From: Nemertoderma westbladi | Taxonomy: Eukaryota > Animalia > Xenacoelomorpha | DNA length: 64,000 nucleotides | Assembly (NCBI GenBank): GCA_032718475.1 | Contig: JAUCBJ010003734.1 | Location: 103,692-167,691 of the forward strand | Direction: 5' to 3' | Shown here: positions 1 through 12,950 of the stretch, piece by piece | Position numbering within the stretch: the first letter of the stretch is position 1 | Layout: every line of letters starts with the position of its first letter | Translations under genes and position numbers: made by a program | Notes under the pieces: generated by a model | Seen by the model: the letters and a program-made list of their open reading frames with translations, nothing else | Databases searched by the model: none | What the model was told of the DNA's origin: nothing

Positions 1-1085
1 GTCGACTATATATCCTGCCCAGCGGAGTCGGAACAATAAACGGAAATTCAAATGCGAAAATTCTATTCGAAATCGACTCGAAAGAAAAGACACTTAAGAA
101 ACAAATGGACGCGGTAACTCCAACGTATATTTGGAATTCTTGATAGAAGCATTGTAACAACAAATAAATATCACCCGCTTTTACCCTACCAGACGTGCGT
201 CTTTGGTATTATGACGATAAATGCCCTAGACCCAACGAATAAACGGAAAGACATAAACATCCACGTAAACCGAAACTTGTTGACGTATCACCTATGCTCA
301 CTCGGCTCGAACGATCCTGGAGTAAACCTACGATCAGAGTCCCGGAATACTCGGTCAAACCTCCTCATTCCTTAGTTGGACCTCAGACCTGCGATCCTGG
401 TGGTGTCGCGGATCCTCGTGGACTGTATTCACTGTTCAAAGATCTAGTGCTACCCTAACAATTAATCGGTAACACTCCGACAGTGATTTCTAGCTAGCCG
501 CCCATCTTACCTAGCCGGATTGTGATGCGGACACCTAATATCACTATCCTACCGTATGGTCGTCCCCGTTTAACGCGATACAACCCTTCATCAAGGTGAA
601 GGAGAGTTTTGTACGAAACGAGTTAAACGTGATTCTATACTTACACTTACACAACATTACATTAATGAGGTAAACTTACAGTATTTACAACCTACAATAT
701 TGTGGCAAACGTACACTTACACAACCTTACATCGATGAGGTAAACTTACACATACACAACCTACATTATTGTGGCAAATGTAAACTTACCCAAACGCAAC
801 CTACATTATTGTGGCAAACTTACACTTACACAACCTTACATTATTGAGGAATACTTACACTTACACAACATTACATTAATGAGGTAAACTTACAGTATTT
901 ACAACCTACAATATTGTGGTAAACGTACACTTACACAACCTTACATTGATGAGGTAAACTTACACATACAGAACTTACATTATTGTGGCAAATGTAAACT
1001 TACCCAAACGCAACCTACATTATTGTGGCAAACTTACACTTACACAACCTTACATTATTGAGGAAAACTTATACTTACACAAAAA

Positions 1086-1315
1086 AAGCAAACAGTCGGC
1101 CGAAGCCGGAGGCGACCCGAAGGCTCCCCTTTCGATAGCTGCTACCCGAGGGTAGGGGTGGGCGCTACTCCTATCCCAAGATTTGCTCCCAGTTATTTAA
1201 CTGGTACTCATTTTATCGACCCCAGTGGATGAAAGGCTGAGTGGACCCTGGCGGGGCTGAACCTACAACCAATAGATTGTAGGCCCGGCGCTCAACCAAC
1301 TGAGCTACCCCACCC
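1086..1315 (-). mobile_element. tRNA-derived SINE, copy 1
   Basis: Minus strand starts GGGTGGGGTAGCTCAGTTGGTT (A box) ... GGTTCAGCCCC (B box); near-identical second copy at 5226-5464. Confidence 0.85.
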
Positions 1316-1367
1316 ATTATACTTACACAACATTACATTAATGAGGTAAACTTTCAGTATTTACAAC

Positions 1368-3826
1368 TGTAAAGGCTTTTGCGGATATAACCAGTCATTT
1401 TTTCTCCGCAATGAACTGTTTAGTTGTTTTAGCGGACATAACAAGCCATTTTTCCCGCAAAGTACTGTGTAGGTGTTTTAGCGGACATAAAAAGCCATTT
1501 TTTCTGTATGTGTACTTTAGCGGACATAACAAGCCATTTTATGCCGCAATACGCCAAATACTCTTAACACAGTGTAATTCAGATGACGAAATCTATCAGC
1601 TGATTTAATGTCGATGTGGAGCTTTCTTAACTCTCTTTGTTCGGCTCACTCGACCAATCAGAGCGATTTTCATTTTATTTGCACAGAAGCCTACGGGAAA
1701 TCACGCAATGCATGACGATTTTTGTTTACCTTTTCCTGAGCCCCAGAACATCGGCTTTGGAATTATTCTGAGATTCAGACTTTAGCCAAACATTAGAACG
1801 GCTTTGATTATAGGAACGTATAACTGTTAACACGGTACAGTCCAGTCAACTCAATGCATTACGTACTACCCAACTTTCACCGCATTATTTTACTTCTGTT
1901 TACTGTCGGTTATTAATTGTTATAAGTTGATGGATATGTTGTTATATTTGGAGAATATCGATAAATAATCATAAAACCCCAATCTTCTTGATATACTGAA
2001 GGTAAGAGGGACCAGTTACCTGTAGCAACTGCGACTTACATTATAGTGGTTTTGGAGTGAATTGAATGCTATTTCATAATCCCTACATGTGTCAGTTGCT
2101 ATTCTCCTTATATATGATCTAAATTTAGTGAAGGTCGGCAGATCAGTGTGCAGCAGTGTGCGGTAGTGTGCATGAGTGTGACAGATAACAAAGCATTTCC
2201 TAAAGAATTGCGCTTTATACGAAAATCATTAGCCATCCCGTTGTGTTTAGTGTAAGTCATAACTCTGTTTACATACTTAGAGCGCCACGTCCTAAAGGAA
2301 CTGTTAATATTTCCCGAAAGTGAATAATATTTGTCAGAGATATTATAGTAACGAGCAATCGAACAATACAGTAAGTCTACACCGCAATAAGGTCAGAGCA
2401 TCCGAATCCAGTCTCCCTTAACCGTGGGTGAATGGTCGCGCATAGACTGGCTTCGGCTAATGTAACTTTATGTGCACCAAATACTTGTTATAGGCTAAAG
2501 TCGATTTAGAAACTAGAAGACACCTAAAATTGGCAGGTTAAACTGCTAAAGGTCTAAAAGCGCGAACAATAACAGTTATTTTAGTTTCTTTATTGCAACG
2601 TAGGCAATAAAGTCGAAAGTACTGGTCGACCGGTAACCTGTAGGCCTAACTGCCTAACCACCCGAACCGGTACTTACAGCAGTACAGGTACTAGTATTAT
2701 TTCGATTGTGATATTGTATATTGGTAGGCTGTTTAAGAGATTAGGGACTGTACATCCCTTGTTTCTTTTGGAGCTTATTTATTTCTGTCAGTTTTATTTA
2801 TCTGTAAGTTAATATTGAGCAGAAGGCGTGTAAGCCTGCTCAGATTGTACAAGTAATTTGTAGGCTGGATTGTTGTCTGGCTGTTGTCAGGTCCAAAGAG
2901 ATTGCAGTGTGTGTAGAGTGTATGTCCGATAAAATACTAGTTAGGAAGCTGGGGGCATCCAGTGTTGTAAGGTAAATCCCCTCCGAAAGAATAAGTCGTA
3001 CTACTCGGTTAGAACGCATACTAACTAACCATTTCGGAGTCTGCATATACTGTAGTTTATTTAGGCTTGATAGTAGTCTGTCAGCATTTGGTTTGTATGT
3101 TGTTTGTGTAGTCTGTACGGGTAGCGTAATATTTATTATTCAGAGTTTATGCGATTATTCGCAACATACACAACCCCAAGTTTATTCCTACAGTAATTGT
3201 GCTTGTTATACATACCGTTATAGTTAAATTAACCCCGGTACTACATCAGGGCTGTTTGGCGTAGGTAAAGACTGGTGATTTTATGCTCTAGTCACTCCAG
3301 CAGATACCGTGGTTCTTTTAGCTGTACAAGTATTTTTAACTGCTGGTTATTTGTTGTATAAGTACTTGTACCTAATTTAGGCTTTAGTGTACAGTGCTTT
3401 CCGAAGGTAATTAGTGTGTGGGCAGTATATTTGTGTTGTAAAGTGGTTAATAGGCACGTTAGCTATGGTTGGCTGCGGTAATTAACTTCTAGGTAGGGAC
3501 ATTCCGGGTACATAACGTAGTACTTATAGAGCTGTAAAGCTAGAGACTATAAGTCGTCAGACGGTGGTATTTTCTTATCTAGACAAGGCAATATATTTAC
3601 TACTGCTTTATTATTTTCAAATACCGTAGTTTCCTGTCCGTTTGTAATAACCAGAAATTCTAACCCTTGTTAGACTGGTTTGTAGATTTCCTGTAAAATT
3701 ACCCTAAAATTTGTACGTGTAATTTTTTTGTGTTTATTTAGAGATTGTAATCTCACCCGTAATTGTACGTAATTTTGGAGGTTAAAATTGGCAGGTTAAA
3801 CTGCTAAAGGTCTAAAAGCGCGAACA
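1368..3826 (+). mobile_element. Solo LTR (~2.46 kb, probably BEL/Pao type) inserted in satellite A
   Basis: TG...CA ends, 5-bp TSD ACAAC (1363-1367, 3827-3831); removal restores the satellite unit cagtatttacaacctacaatattg; four ~45-bp tandem motifs at 1380-1545; strand inferred from composition only. Confidence 0.8.
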
Positions 3827-5225
3827 ACAACCTACAATATTGTGGCAAACGAACACTTACATAACCTACATTATTAAGGAAAACTTACACATACATAACC
3901 TACATTATTGTGACAAACGTACACTTACACAACCTTACATTATTGAGGCAAACGTACACTTACACAACCGACATTATTGTGACAAACGTACACTTACACA
4001 ACCTTACATTATTGAGGCAAACGTACACTTACACAACCTTAAAATATTGAGGCCCACTTACACTTACACAATATTATATTAATGAGGTAAACTTACACAT
4101 ACACAACCTACATTATTGTGGCCAACGTACACTTACACAACCTACATTATTGTGGCAAACTTACACTTACACAACCTTGCATTATTGAGGCAAACTTAAA
4201 CTTACACAACCTTACATTATTGAGGAAAACTTACACTTACACAACCTTACATATTGAGGCAAACTTAAACTTACACAACCTTATATTATTGAGGAAAACT
4301 TACACTTACACAACCTTACATACATTATTGAGGCAAACCTAAACTTACACAATATTATATTAATGAGGTAAACTTACACATACACAACCTACATTATTGT
4401 GGCAAACGTACACTTACACAACCTCTTACACAACCTTAAAATATTGAGGCCCACTTACACTTACACAATATTATATTAATGAGGTAAACTTACACATACA
4501 CAACCTACATTATTGTGGCCAACGTACACTTACACAACCTACATTATTGTGGCAAACTTACACTTACACAACCTTACATTATTGAGGCAAACTTAAACTT
4601 ACACAACCTTACACTATTGAGGAAAACTTACACATACACAACCTACATTATTGTGGCAAACGTACACTTACACAACCTTACATTATTGAGGCAAACTTAC
4701 ACTTACACAACCTACATTATTGAGGAAAACGTACACTTACACAACCTACATTATTGTGACAACGTACACTTACACAACCTACATTATTGAGGAAAAATTA
4801 CACTTACACAACCTTACATATTGAGGCAAACTTAAACTTAGACAACCTTACATTATTGAGGAAAACTTACACCTACACAAAATTACATTAATTAGGTAAA
4901 CTTACACATACACAATATTCATTATTGTGGCCAACGTACACTTACACAACCTACATTATTGTGGCAAACTTACACTTACACAACCTTACATAGATTATTG
5001 AGGCAAACTTACACTTACACAACCTTACATACATTATTGAGGCAAACTTAAACTTATACAAAATTACATTAATGAGGTAAACTTACACATACACAACCTA
5101 CATTATTGTGGCAAACGTACACTTACACAACCTACATTATTGTGGCAAACTTACACTTACACAACCTTACATACATTATTGAGGCAAACTTACACTTACA
5201 CAACCTACTTTATTGTGACAAACGT

Positions 5226-5464
5226 AAGCAAAGCAAGCAAACAGTCGGCGAAAGCCGCAGGCGACCCGAATGCTCCTCTTTCGATAGCTGATACCCGAGG
5301 GTAGGGGTGGGCGCTACTCCTATCCCAAGATTTGCCCCCAGTTATTTAACTGGTACTCATTTTATCGACCCCATTGGATGAAAGGCTGAGTGGACCCTGG
5401 CGGGGTTGAACCTACAACCAATAGATTGCAGGCCCGGCGCTCAAACAACTGAGCTACCCCGCCC
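5226..5464 (-). mobile_element. tRNA-derived SINE, copy 2
   Basis: Same family as 1086-1315; A and B boxes; (TTGC)n-like tail. Confidence 0.85.
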
Positions 5465-6861
5465 TTGCCAAACGTACACTTACACAACCTACATTATTGT
5501 GACAAACTTACACTTACACAACCTTACATTATTGTGACAAACTTACACTTACACAACCTACATTATTGAGGCAAACGTACACTTAAACAACCTACATTAT
5601 TGAGGAAAACTTACACTTACACAACCTACATTATTGTGGCAAACGTACACTTACACAACCTACATTATTGAGGCAAACGTACACTTAAACAACCTACATT
5701 ATTGAGGAAAACTTACACTTACACAACCTACATTATTGTGATAAACGTACACCTACACAACATTACATTATTGAGGAATACTTACACTTACACAACATTA
5801 CATTAATGAGGTTAACTTACACATACACAACCCACATTATTGAGGCAAACGTACACTTACACAACCTACATTATTGAGGAAAACTTACACTTACACAACC
5901 TACATTATTGTGATAAACGTACACCTACACAACATTACATTATTGAGGAATACTTACACCTACACAACATTACATTAATGAGGTAAACATACACATTCAC
6001 AACTGCATTATTGTGGCAAACGTACACTTACACAACCTACATTATTGAGGCAAACGTACGCTTACACAACCTACATTATTGTGGCAAACGTACACTTACA
6101 CAACCTACATTATTGAGGCAAACGTACACTTAAACAACCTACATTATTGAGGAAAACTTACACTTACACAACCTACATTATTGTGATAAACGTACACCTA
6201 CACAACATTACATTATTGAGGAATACTTACACTTACACAACATTACATTAATGAGGTTAACTTACACATACACAACCCACATTATTGAGGCAAACGTACA
6301 CTTACACAACCTACATTATTTAGGCAAACTTACACTTACACAACATTACATTAATGAGGTAAACTTACACATAAACAACTGCATTATTGTGGCAAACGTA
6401 CACTTACACAACCTTACATTATTGTGACAAACTTACACTTACACAACCTTAAGGTATTGAGGCAAACGTACACTTACACAACCTACATTATTGTGACAAA
6501 CGTTCACTTACACAACCATACATTATTGAGGCAAACTTACACTTACACATCATTGCATTAATGAGGTAAACTTACACATAAACAACTGCATTATTGTGGC
6601 AAACGTACACTTACACAACCTACATTATTGTGGCAAACTTAAACTTACACAACCTTACATTATTGTGACAAACTTATACATACACAACCTTACATTACTG
6701 AGATAGGCTCTAAATAGATCTACCCATGTTAAGGATCTATGAGCGAGAAATGATTGACAACTTCAAGTTTGGGATGACAAAAAATCAACTCGAAGATAGA
6801 GTTGTAACATCATCTCATTTTTATATCTCAAATTTTTATATAAGTTACTAATATTACCCAC

Positions 6862-7021
6862 CCGGTTATTGTTTTAGGGCCATTGAAATTGATCATAAAC
6901 CACGAACCCACAGCCACGCCATGCCACGTTACCCAATCAAGCTGATTATCCTTCAGTGCTTGATTACAGTCGTTTCCATAAAATTCCGAGGATGCTGAAC
7001 AAGTGGTGTAACCGATAACAT
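6862..7021 (-). CDS. Host exon, F5/8 type C (discoidin)-like domain N-terminal half
   Basis: tatttacag acceptor, phase 1 matching the upstream TSP1 exon; DVIGYTTCSASSEFY...DWVTW...SWFMINFNGPKTIT; donor gtgggt (alternative gtaata 4 nt further). Confidence 0.7.
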
Positions 7022-7081
7022 CTGTAAATAGTAAATAGAAGCGAAATACCAGCGAAAATATTAATTTCACTAAAAACATTA

Positions 7082-7188
7082 CTAGTCTCACAATTTTGGG
7101 AGAAGATTTCGAAACTCGGTTTTTCTGAATGAGCTGCTGATTCAGAAAAACCGAGTTTCGAAATCTTCGCCCAAAATTGTGAGACTAG
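7082..7188. repeat. Foldback / palindromic MITE-like element
   Basis: 49-nt arms 7082-7130 and 7140-7188 with one mismatch, 9-nt loop. Confidence 0.85.
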
Positions 7189-8179
7189 ACTCGGCTCCAT
7201 AAAACATTACATTACATTTTTTGTTTAGGTCTTAAATATTTTTTAAATATTATTAACTAATAATAATTATTATGTAATAGATATTAACTAATTTCAAAAA
7301 ATTACAATGGCACAATTCAAAATTCTAACCGATAACGTTTGATCATAACCCGAAAAGAAATCAAACAAAAAAAAAATTTCGAAAATTGGTTAAGGAATGG
7401 CTGAGTAGTAGTATTTTGAATGTGAAAAATAGAATTCCGAGATAAACGCATTTAAAGTTTAAGAACAATATATTTCAAATGTTCCCGCTATTTTCAGTAC
7501 TGGTATCTCCTTTTCTTTTCCCATTGGTTATCCCCTATCCATTTTGCGATTTCTCAATGGATTTCATGAAATTTGGTTCAAAAAAACCCCTACCCACAAT
7601 TTAATAACCTGTTAAAATAATTTTAGAGTGCTTGCCAAAAAAATTATTTCGCGCAGCACGTGAACAAATTCCATTTTGGCGTATTGATTTGTTCGCATAA
7701 AATTTCGTCACTTAGTAATAAATAGTCATGGAATAATGAGGCAACCTTAACAAACTTTCAAAATTATATAAAAATTTCTACATAATTTTATAATAAGCCT
7801 TTACACAGAACATTAAGCTTTGTGCAGCACGTGAAACCTTCGCGCAGCACGTGAAGGTTTCACGTAGCACTTAAAGTTTTCATAAAGCACGTTAATTAAT
7901 CGAGCAGCTCGGAAAGCGTCTTGATTAGGATGAGAAGCCTTCACGCGGTAACATGAAAAGTTCATGCAGCACGTGAATTAATTTTAGAGCCTGTGGAGTT
8001 TAAAAAAAACATAAGTTTGTGGTTGTTCCCCACAATTATTATTACCAGCTATTGCTATATGATAGTTCACAATTGTTATTACTAGTAGACAACTAGTCCA
8101 TTAGACAGCTGTTCAATATGTAACACAACACTAACAAATATCTATTAAATATATATTAATTAAAATTTGACGGACACGT

Positions 8180-8240
8180 TGACAGACAGACAGACAGACG
8201 TAATCAGACAGACAGACGTAATCAGACAGACGGACAAACT
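8180..8240. repeat. (GACA)n microsatellite
   Basis: gacagacagacagacagacg repeats. Confidence 0.85.
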
Positions 8241-8629
8241 GAGAGAAAGACACTGACATACAGAAATAGTGATTAGATGATTACAAATATGAAAACAGAC
8301 ATCGACATTAAAAAAAATCCCATCAGCAAACAGTTCGAAGATTGCTTATTTTGTCTGCTTTCTTTTTAATATTTCGATGGACAGACAGACAGACATACAG
8401 ACGGAAACCTAGCCATTATCCGAGAAGTAAAAGAGATCTCGCTAAGCCGTTTCCTGATTTGAAATCCTCATTAAATACTACTCTAGATGAAATAGAAAAA
8501 CGAAAATTTTGACTTGAGGGGGGGGGGGGGGGGGGGTGTACCCCCCCCCCCCACACCCCCACCCCCCTTAAATAGTTATTGAATTTTATATCATTTCTAA
8601 CTACAATATATTTCTTGAATAATTAGTAC

Positions 8630-8785
8630 CTGATGGGCATTGCTTACTATTCCCACTGCAAGGTTCTCCGTTTGGGGATGGTGTGGGGTTGTCACATAAC
8701 CTTATTGATATTTGACTTCCGAATCCAATACATTCATGTTCGGTATCACTCGACCAAGAAGACCATTCACCCCAACCGCCGTCAA
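8630..8785 (-). CDS. Host exon, thrombospondin type-1 repeat
   Basis: VDGGWGEWSSWS...C...R.CDNP.P..G..C.G; 156-bp symmetric phase 1-1 exon bounded by tttttag and gtacta. Confidence 0.85.
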
Positions 8786-9344
8786 CTAAAAATAATTTAT
8801 TATTTGATACATAGAGTATTGTTGTTGTTATATGAAACAAAACTCAAAGGGATTCACACACACACGAACTTAAGTAATAGTGAACGTATTATTTAAAGGT
8901 ATAATTAACCATGCAGCCATGACCCGTAATAATGTAGGCTAGTGTCCGGCACGACCACCCCCCCACCCCCATATTTTTCTACAAATCTTTATTAGAATAA
9001 ATGGCCTACAGCGAACGATAATTCTTCCAATTTTGAACGTAAGTATCTCAGCTGTGTCTCAACGAAATTCAGAAATTGTTACATATTTGGAATCCTTGCC
9101 ACCCAAGCTTTCTTTTGATGAGAACGAAATACGACTAATGTGAAGAATGGCCACGATACTGAGGTTGCGAATTCGCAAAAGAAACTTTTTTAAAACGCTT
9201 ATAATAAAAATGTAAAGGAAAAATCGAAAATTCCGGAACAACGACGGTGAGTTGGACTAGTTGTGTTTCAAATTTCAAGCATTATGATAATGGGGGGGGG
9301 GGGGGGGGGGGGGGTGTCAGTGTCATCATAAAATGACACTATAT

Positions 9345-9710
9345 CAGGTTGGCTGAATCTCCAGCTGAACGTCTCAATGGTTGGAAAGCCCACTTTGAGA
9401 AGCACCTAAACAATGACAGGGTATTGCCTGATAACTTTATGGTAGCCTACATCGTGTACCTGAGTCTGTCCTCAGTTGGAGACATCCATTGCTAAAATTA
9501 TATTGTAATGAGTTGTTTGAGAGATGTTCTTATTGCTTAAATCAAAGCAAAGAGCATCAAGTCTGCCAGTGGAGTAGATGGCGTGCCCCTTTAGGGCAAT
9601 AAAAGTTTTGTGTGTTTGTAGATCATTCACCCATCATCTTGGACATGTATATAGGACAAAGAGAGTCCCCCAAGAACTGAAAACAAATAAGGTGGCCCCT
9701 GTCCCAAAGA
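9345..9710 (+). pseudogene. Degenerate fragment of RTE family 2
   Basis: Encodes AESPAERLNGWKAHFEK..NNDRVLPDNF and YRTKRVPQELKTNK, matching the proteins at 44347-46188 and 43154-44278. Confidence 0.85.
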
Positions 9711-10066
9711 ACCACCACCCAAGGCCCCTGTCCCAAAGAACTACCACCCAAGGCCCCTGTCCCAAAGAACTACCACCCAAGGCCCCTGTCCCAAAGAACT
9801 ACTACCAAAGGCCCCTGTCCCAAAGATCTACCACCCAAGGCCTCTGTCCCAAAGAACTACTACCAAAGGCCCCTGTCCCAAAGAACTACTGCTAAAGGCC
9901 CCTGTCCCAAGGAACTACCACCCAAGGCCCCTGCCCCAAAGAACTACCACCCAAGGCCCCTGTCCCAAAGAACTACTACCAAAGGCCCCTGTCCCAAAGA
10001 ACTACTACCAAAGGCCCCTGTCCCAAAGAACTACCACCCAAGGTCCCTGTCCCAAAGAACTACTAC
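9689..10066. repeat. 29-bp minisatellite (aaggcccctgtcccaaagaactaccaccc), about 13 units
   Basis: Direct tandem repeats with 29-bp period. Confidence 0.95.
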
Positions 10067-10119
10067 CTTATTAGCCTTATATCGCCGTGTAACGCCATTA
10101 ATTGTCTAATTGATTACCG

Positions 10120-12949
10120 TTATAAGAAGGGGACCTGTAGGTCTAATTTTACTGTTACAATAAGGGGAACTGTAGTTCCGATTCATTACCATTACAAGTA
10201 GGGGAACGGTAGGTCCAATTCATTACCATTACAAGAAGGGGGACCGTAGGTCCAATTCATTACCATTACAAGAAGGGGGACCGTAGGTCCAATTCATTAC
10301 CATTACAAGAAGGGGAACTGTAGGTCCAATTCATTACCATTACAAGAAGGGGGACCGTAGGTCTAAATCATTACTGTTACAATAAGGGGAACTGTAGGTC
10401 CAATTCATTACCATTACAAGAAGGGGGACCGTAGGTCCAATTCATTACCATTACAAGAAGGGGAACTGTAGGTCCAATTCATTACCATTACAAGAAGGGG
10501 GACCGTAGGTCTAAATCATTACTGTTACAATAAGGGGAACTGTAGGTCCAATTCATTACCATTACAATAAGGAGAACTGTAGGTCTAATTCATTACCATT
10601 ACAATAAGGGGAACTGTAGGTCTACTTAATTACTGTTACAAGAAGGGGATCTGTAGGTCCAATTCATTACCATTACAAGAGGACGAACAGTAGGTTTAAT
10701 ACATTACTGTTACAAGAAGGGGAACTGTAGGTCTAATTCATTACTGTTACAAGAAGGGGAACTGTAGGTCTAATTTTACTGTTACAATAAGGGGAACTGT
10801 AGTTCCGATTCATTACCATTACAAGTAGGGGAACCGTAGGTCCAATTCATTACCATTACAAGAAGGGGGACCGTAGGTCCAATTCATTACCATTACAAGA
10901 AGGGGAACGGTAGGTCCAATTCATTACCATTACAAGAAGGGGGACCGTAGGTCTAAATCATTACTGTTACAATAAGGGGAACTGTAGGTCCAATTCATTA
11001 CCATTACAATAAGGAGAACTGTAGGTCTAATTCATTACCATTACAATAAGGGGAACTGTAGGTCTACTTAATTACTGTTACAAGAAGGGGATCTGTAGGT
11101 CCAATTCATTACCATTACAAGAGGACGAACAGTAGGTTTAATACATTACTGTTACAAGAAGGGGAACTGTAGGTCTAATTCATTACTGTTACAAGAAGGG
11201 GAACTGTAGGTCTAATTCATTACTGATACAAGAAGGGGGGATATCTAGGTCCAATTCATTACCATTACAAGAGGACGAACAGTACGTATAATTCATTACT
11301 GTTTCAAGAATGGGACCTGTAGGTCTAATTCATCCCTGTTACAAGAAGGGGAACTGTAGGTCCAATTCATTACCATTACAAGAGGACGAACAGTAGGTAT
11401 AATTCATTACTGTTACAAGAATGGGACCTGTAGGTCTAATTCATTACTGTTATAAGAAGGGAACTGTAGGTCTAATTCATTACTGATACAAGAAGAGTAA
11501 TTGTAGGTCCAATTCATTACCATTACAAGAAGGGGAACTGTAGATCTAATTCGTTACTTTTACAAGAAGGGAACCTGTAGGTCTAATTCATTACTGATAC
11601 AAGAAGGGGATCTGTAGGTCTAATTCATTGCTGATACAAGAAGGGATCTCTAGGTCCAATTCATTAGCATTACAAGAGGACAAACCTTAGGTCTAAATCA
11701 TTACCATTACAAGAAGGGGATCTCTAGGTCCAATTCATTACCATTACAAGAGGACGAACAGTAGGTATAATTCATTACTGTTATAAGAAGGGAACTGTAG
11801 GTCTAATTCATTACTGATAAAAGAAGGGTAATTGTAGGTCCAATTTATTACCATTACAAGAAGGGGAACTGTAGGTCTTATTCATTACTGTTGGGGATCT
11901 GTAGGTCCAATTCATTACAATTACAAGAGGGCGAACAGTAGGTATAATTCATTACTGTTACAAGAAGGGGACGTGTAGGTCTAATTCATTACTGTTATAA
12001 GAAGGGAACTGTAGGTCTAATTCATTACTGATACAAGAAGGGTAATTGTAGGTCCAATTTATTACCATTACAAGAAGGGGAACTGTAGGTCTTATTCATT
12101 ACTGTTGGGGATCTGTAGGTCCAATTCATTACAATTACAAGAGGGCGAACAGTAGGTATAATTCATTACTGTTACAAGAAGGGGACGTGTAGGTCTAATT
12201 CATTACTGTTATAAGAAGGGGAACTGCAGGTCTAATTCATTACTGTTACAATAAGGGGAACTGTAGGTCTAATTCATTACCATTGCCAGAGGGCGAATTA
12301 TAGGTCTATATCATTACTGTTACAAGAAGGGGACCTGTAGGTCTAATTCATTACCATTACAAGAAGTGGGACTGCAGGTCTAATTCATTACTGTTACAAG
12401 AAGGGGAACTGTAGGTCCAATTCATTACCATTACGAGAGGGCGAATCATAGGTCTATATCATTACTGTTACAAGAATGGGACCTGTAGGTCTAATTCATT
12501 ACTGTTACAAGAAGGGGAACTGTAGGTCCAATTCATTACCATTACAAGAAGGGGAACTGTAGGTCTTATTCATTACTGTTACAAGAAGGGGATTTGTAGG
12601 TCCAATTCATTACCATTTCAAGAAGGGGGACTGTAGGTCCAATTCATTACCATTACAAGAAGGCGAACCTTAGGTCTAAATCATTACCATTACACGAAGG
12701 GGAACTGTAGGTCTTATTATTACTGTTACAAAAAGGGGATCTGTAGGTCCAATTCATTACCATTACAAGAAGTGGGACTGTAGGTCCAATTCATTACCAT
12801 TACAATAAGGGGGTCTTTAGGTCAAATTCATTACCATTACAAGAAGGGGGACTGTAGGTCCAATTCATTACCATTATAAGAGGGCGAACCTTAGGTCTAA
12901 ATCATTACCATTACACGAAGGGGAACTGTAGGTCTTATTATTACTGTTA
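10120..12949. repeat. Satellite B, 37-bp unit, left block
   Basis: tacaagaaggggaactgtaggtccaattcattaccat tandem array. Confidence 0.97.
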
Positions 12950-12950
12950 A

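Larger units (their letters stand above)
640..6700. repeat. Satellite A, 34-35 bp unit (acacttacacaacc(t)tacattattgaggcaaactt), interrupted by two SINEs and a solo LTR
   Basis: Tandem units visible at 640-1080, 1316-1367, 3827-5225 and 5465-6700. Confidence 0.97.

Noticed and set aside
1-620. Coding-like remnant at the window start
   Set aside because: Short broken frames with no recognisable motif; cannot be assigned.
1245-1315. Functional tRNA genes (also about 5395-5464, 16800-16875, 27984-28054)
   Set aside because: Acceptor and anticodon stems are imperfect and each is embedded in a repeat element.
3840-5291. ORFs in satellite A (also 9578-9895 and 41098-41882)
   Set aside because: Translations of tandem repeats with no domain signal.
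8517-8570. Poly-G/poly-C runs as regulatory G-quadruplexes (also 9292-9314, 23497-23512)
   Set aside because: Homopolymer tracts typical of small repeats; nothing supports function.
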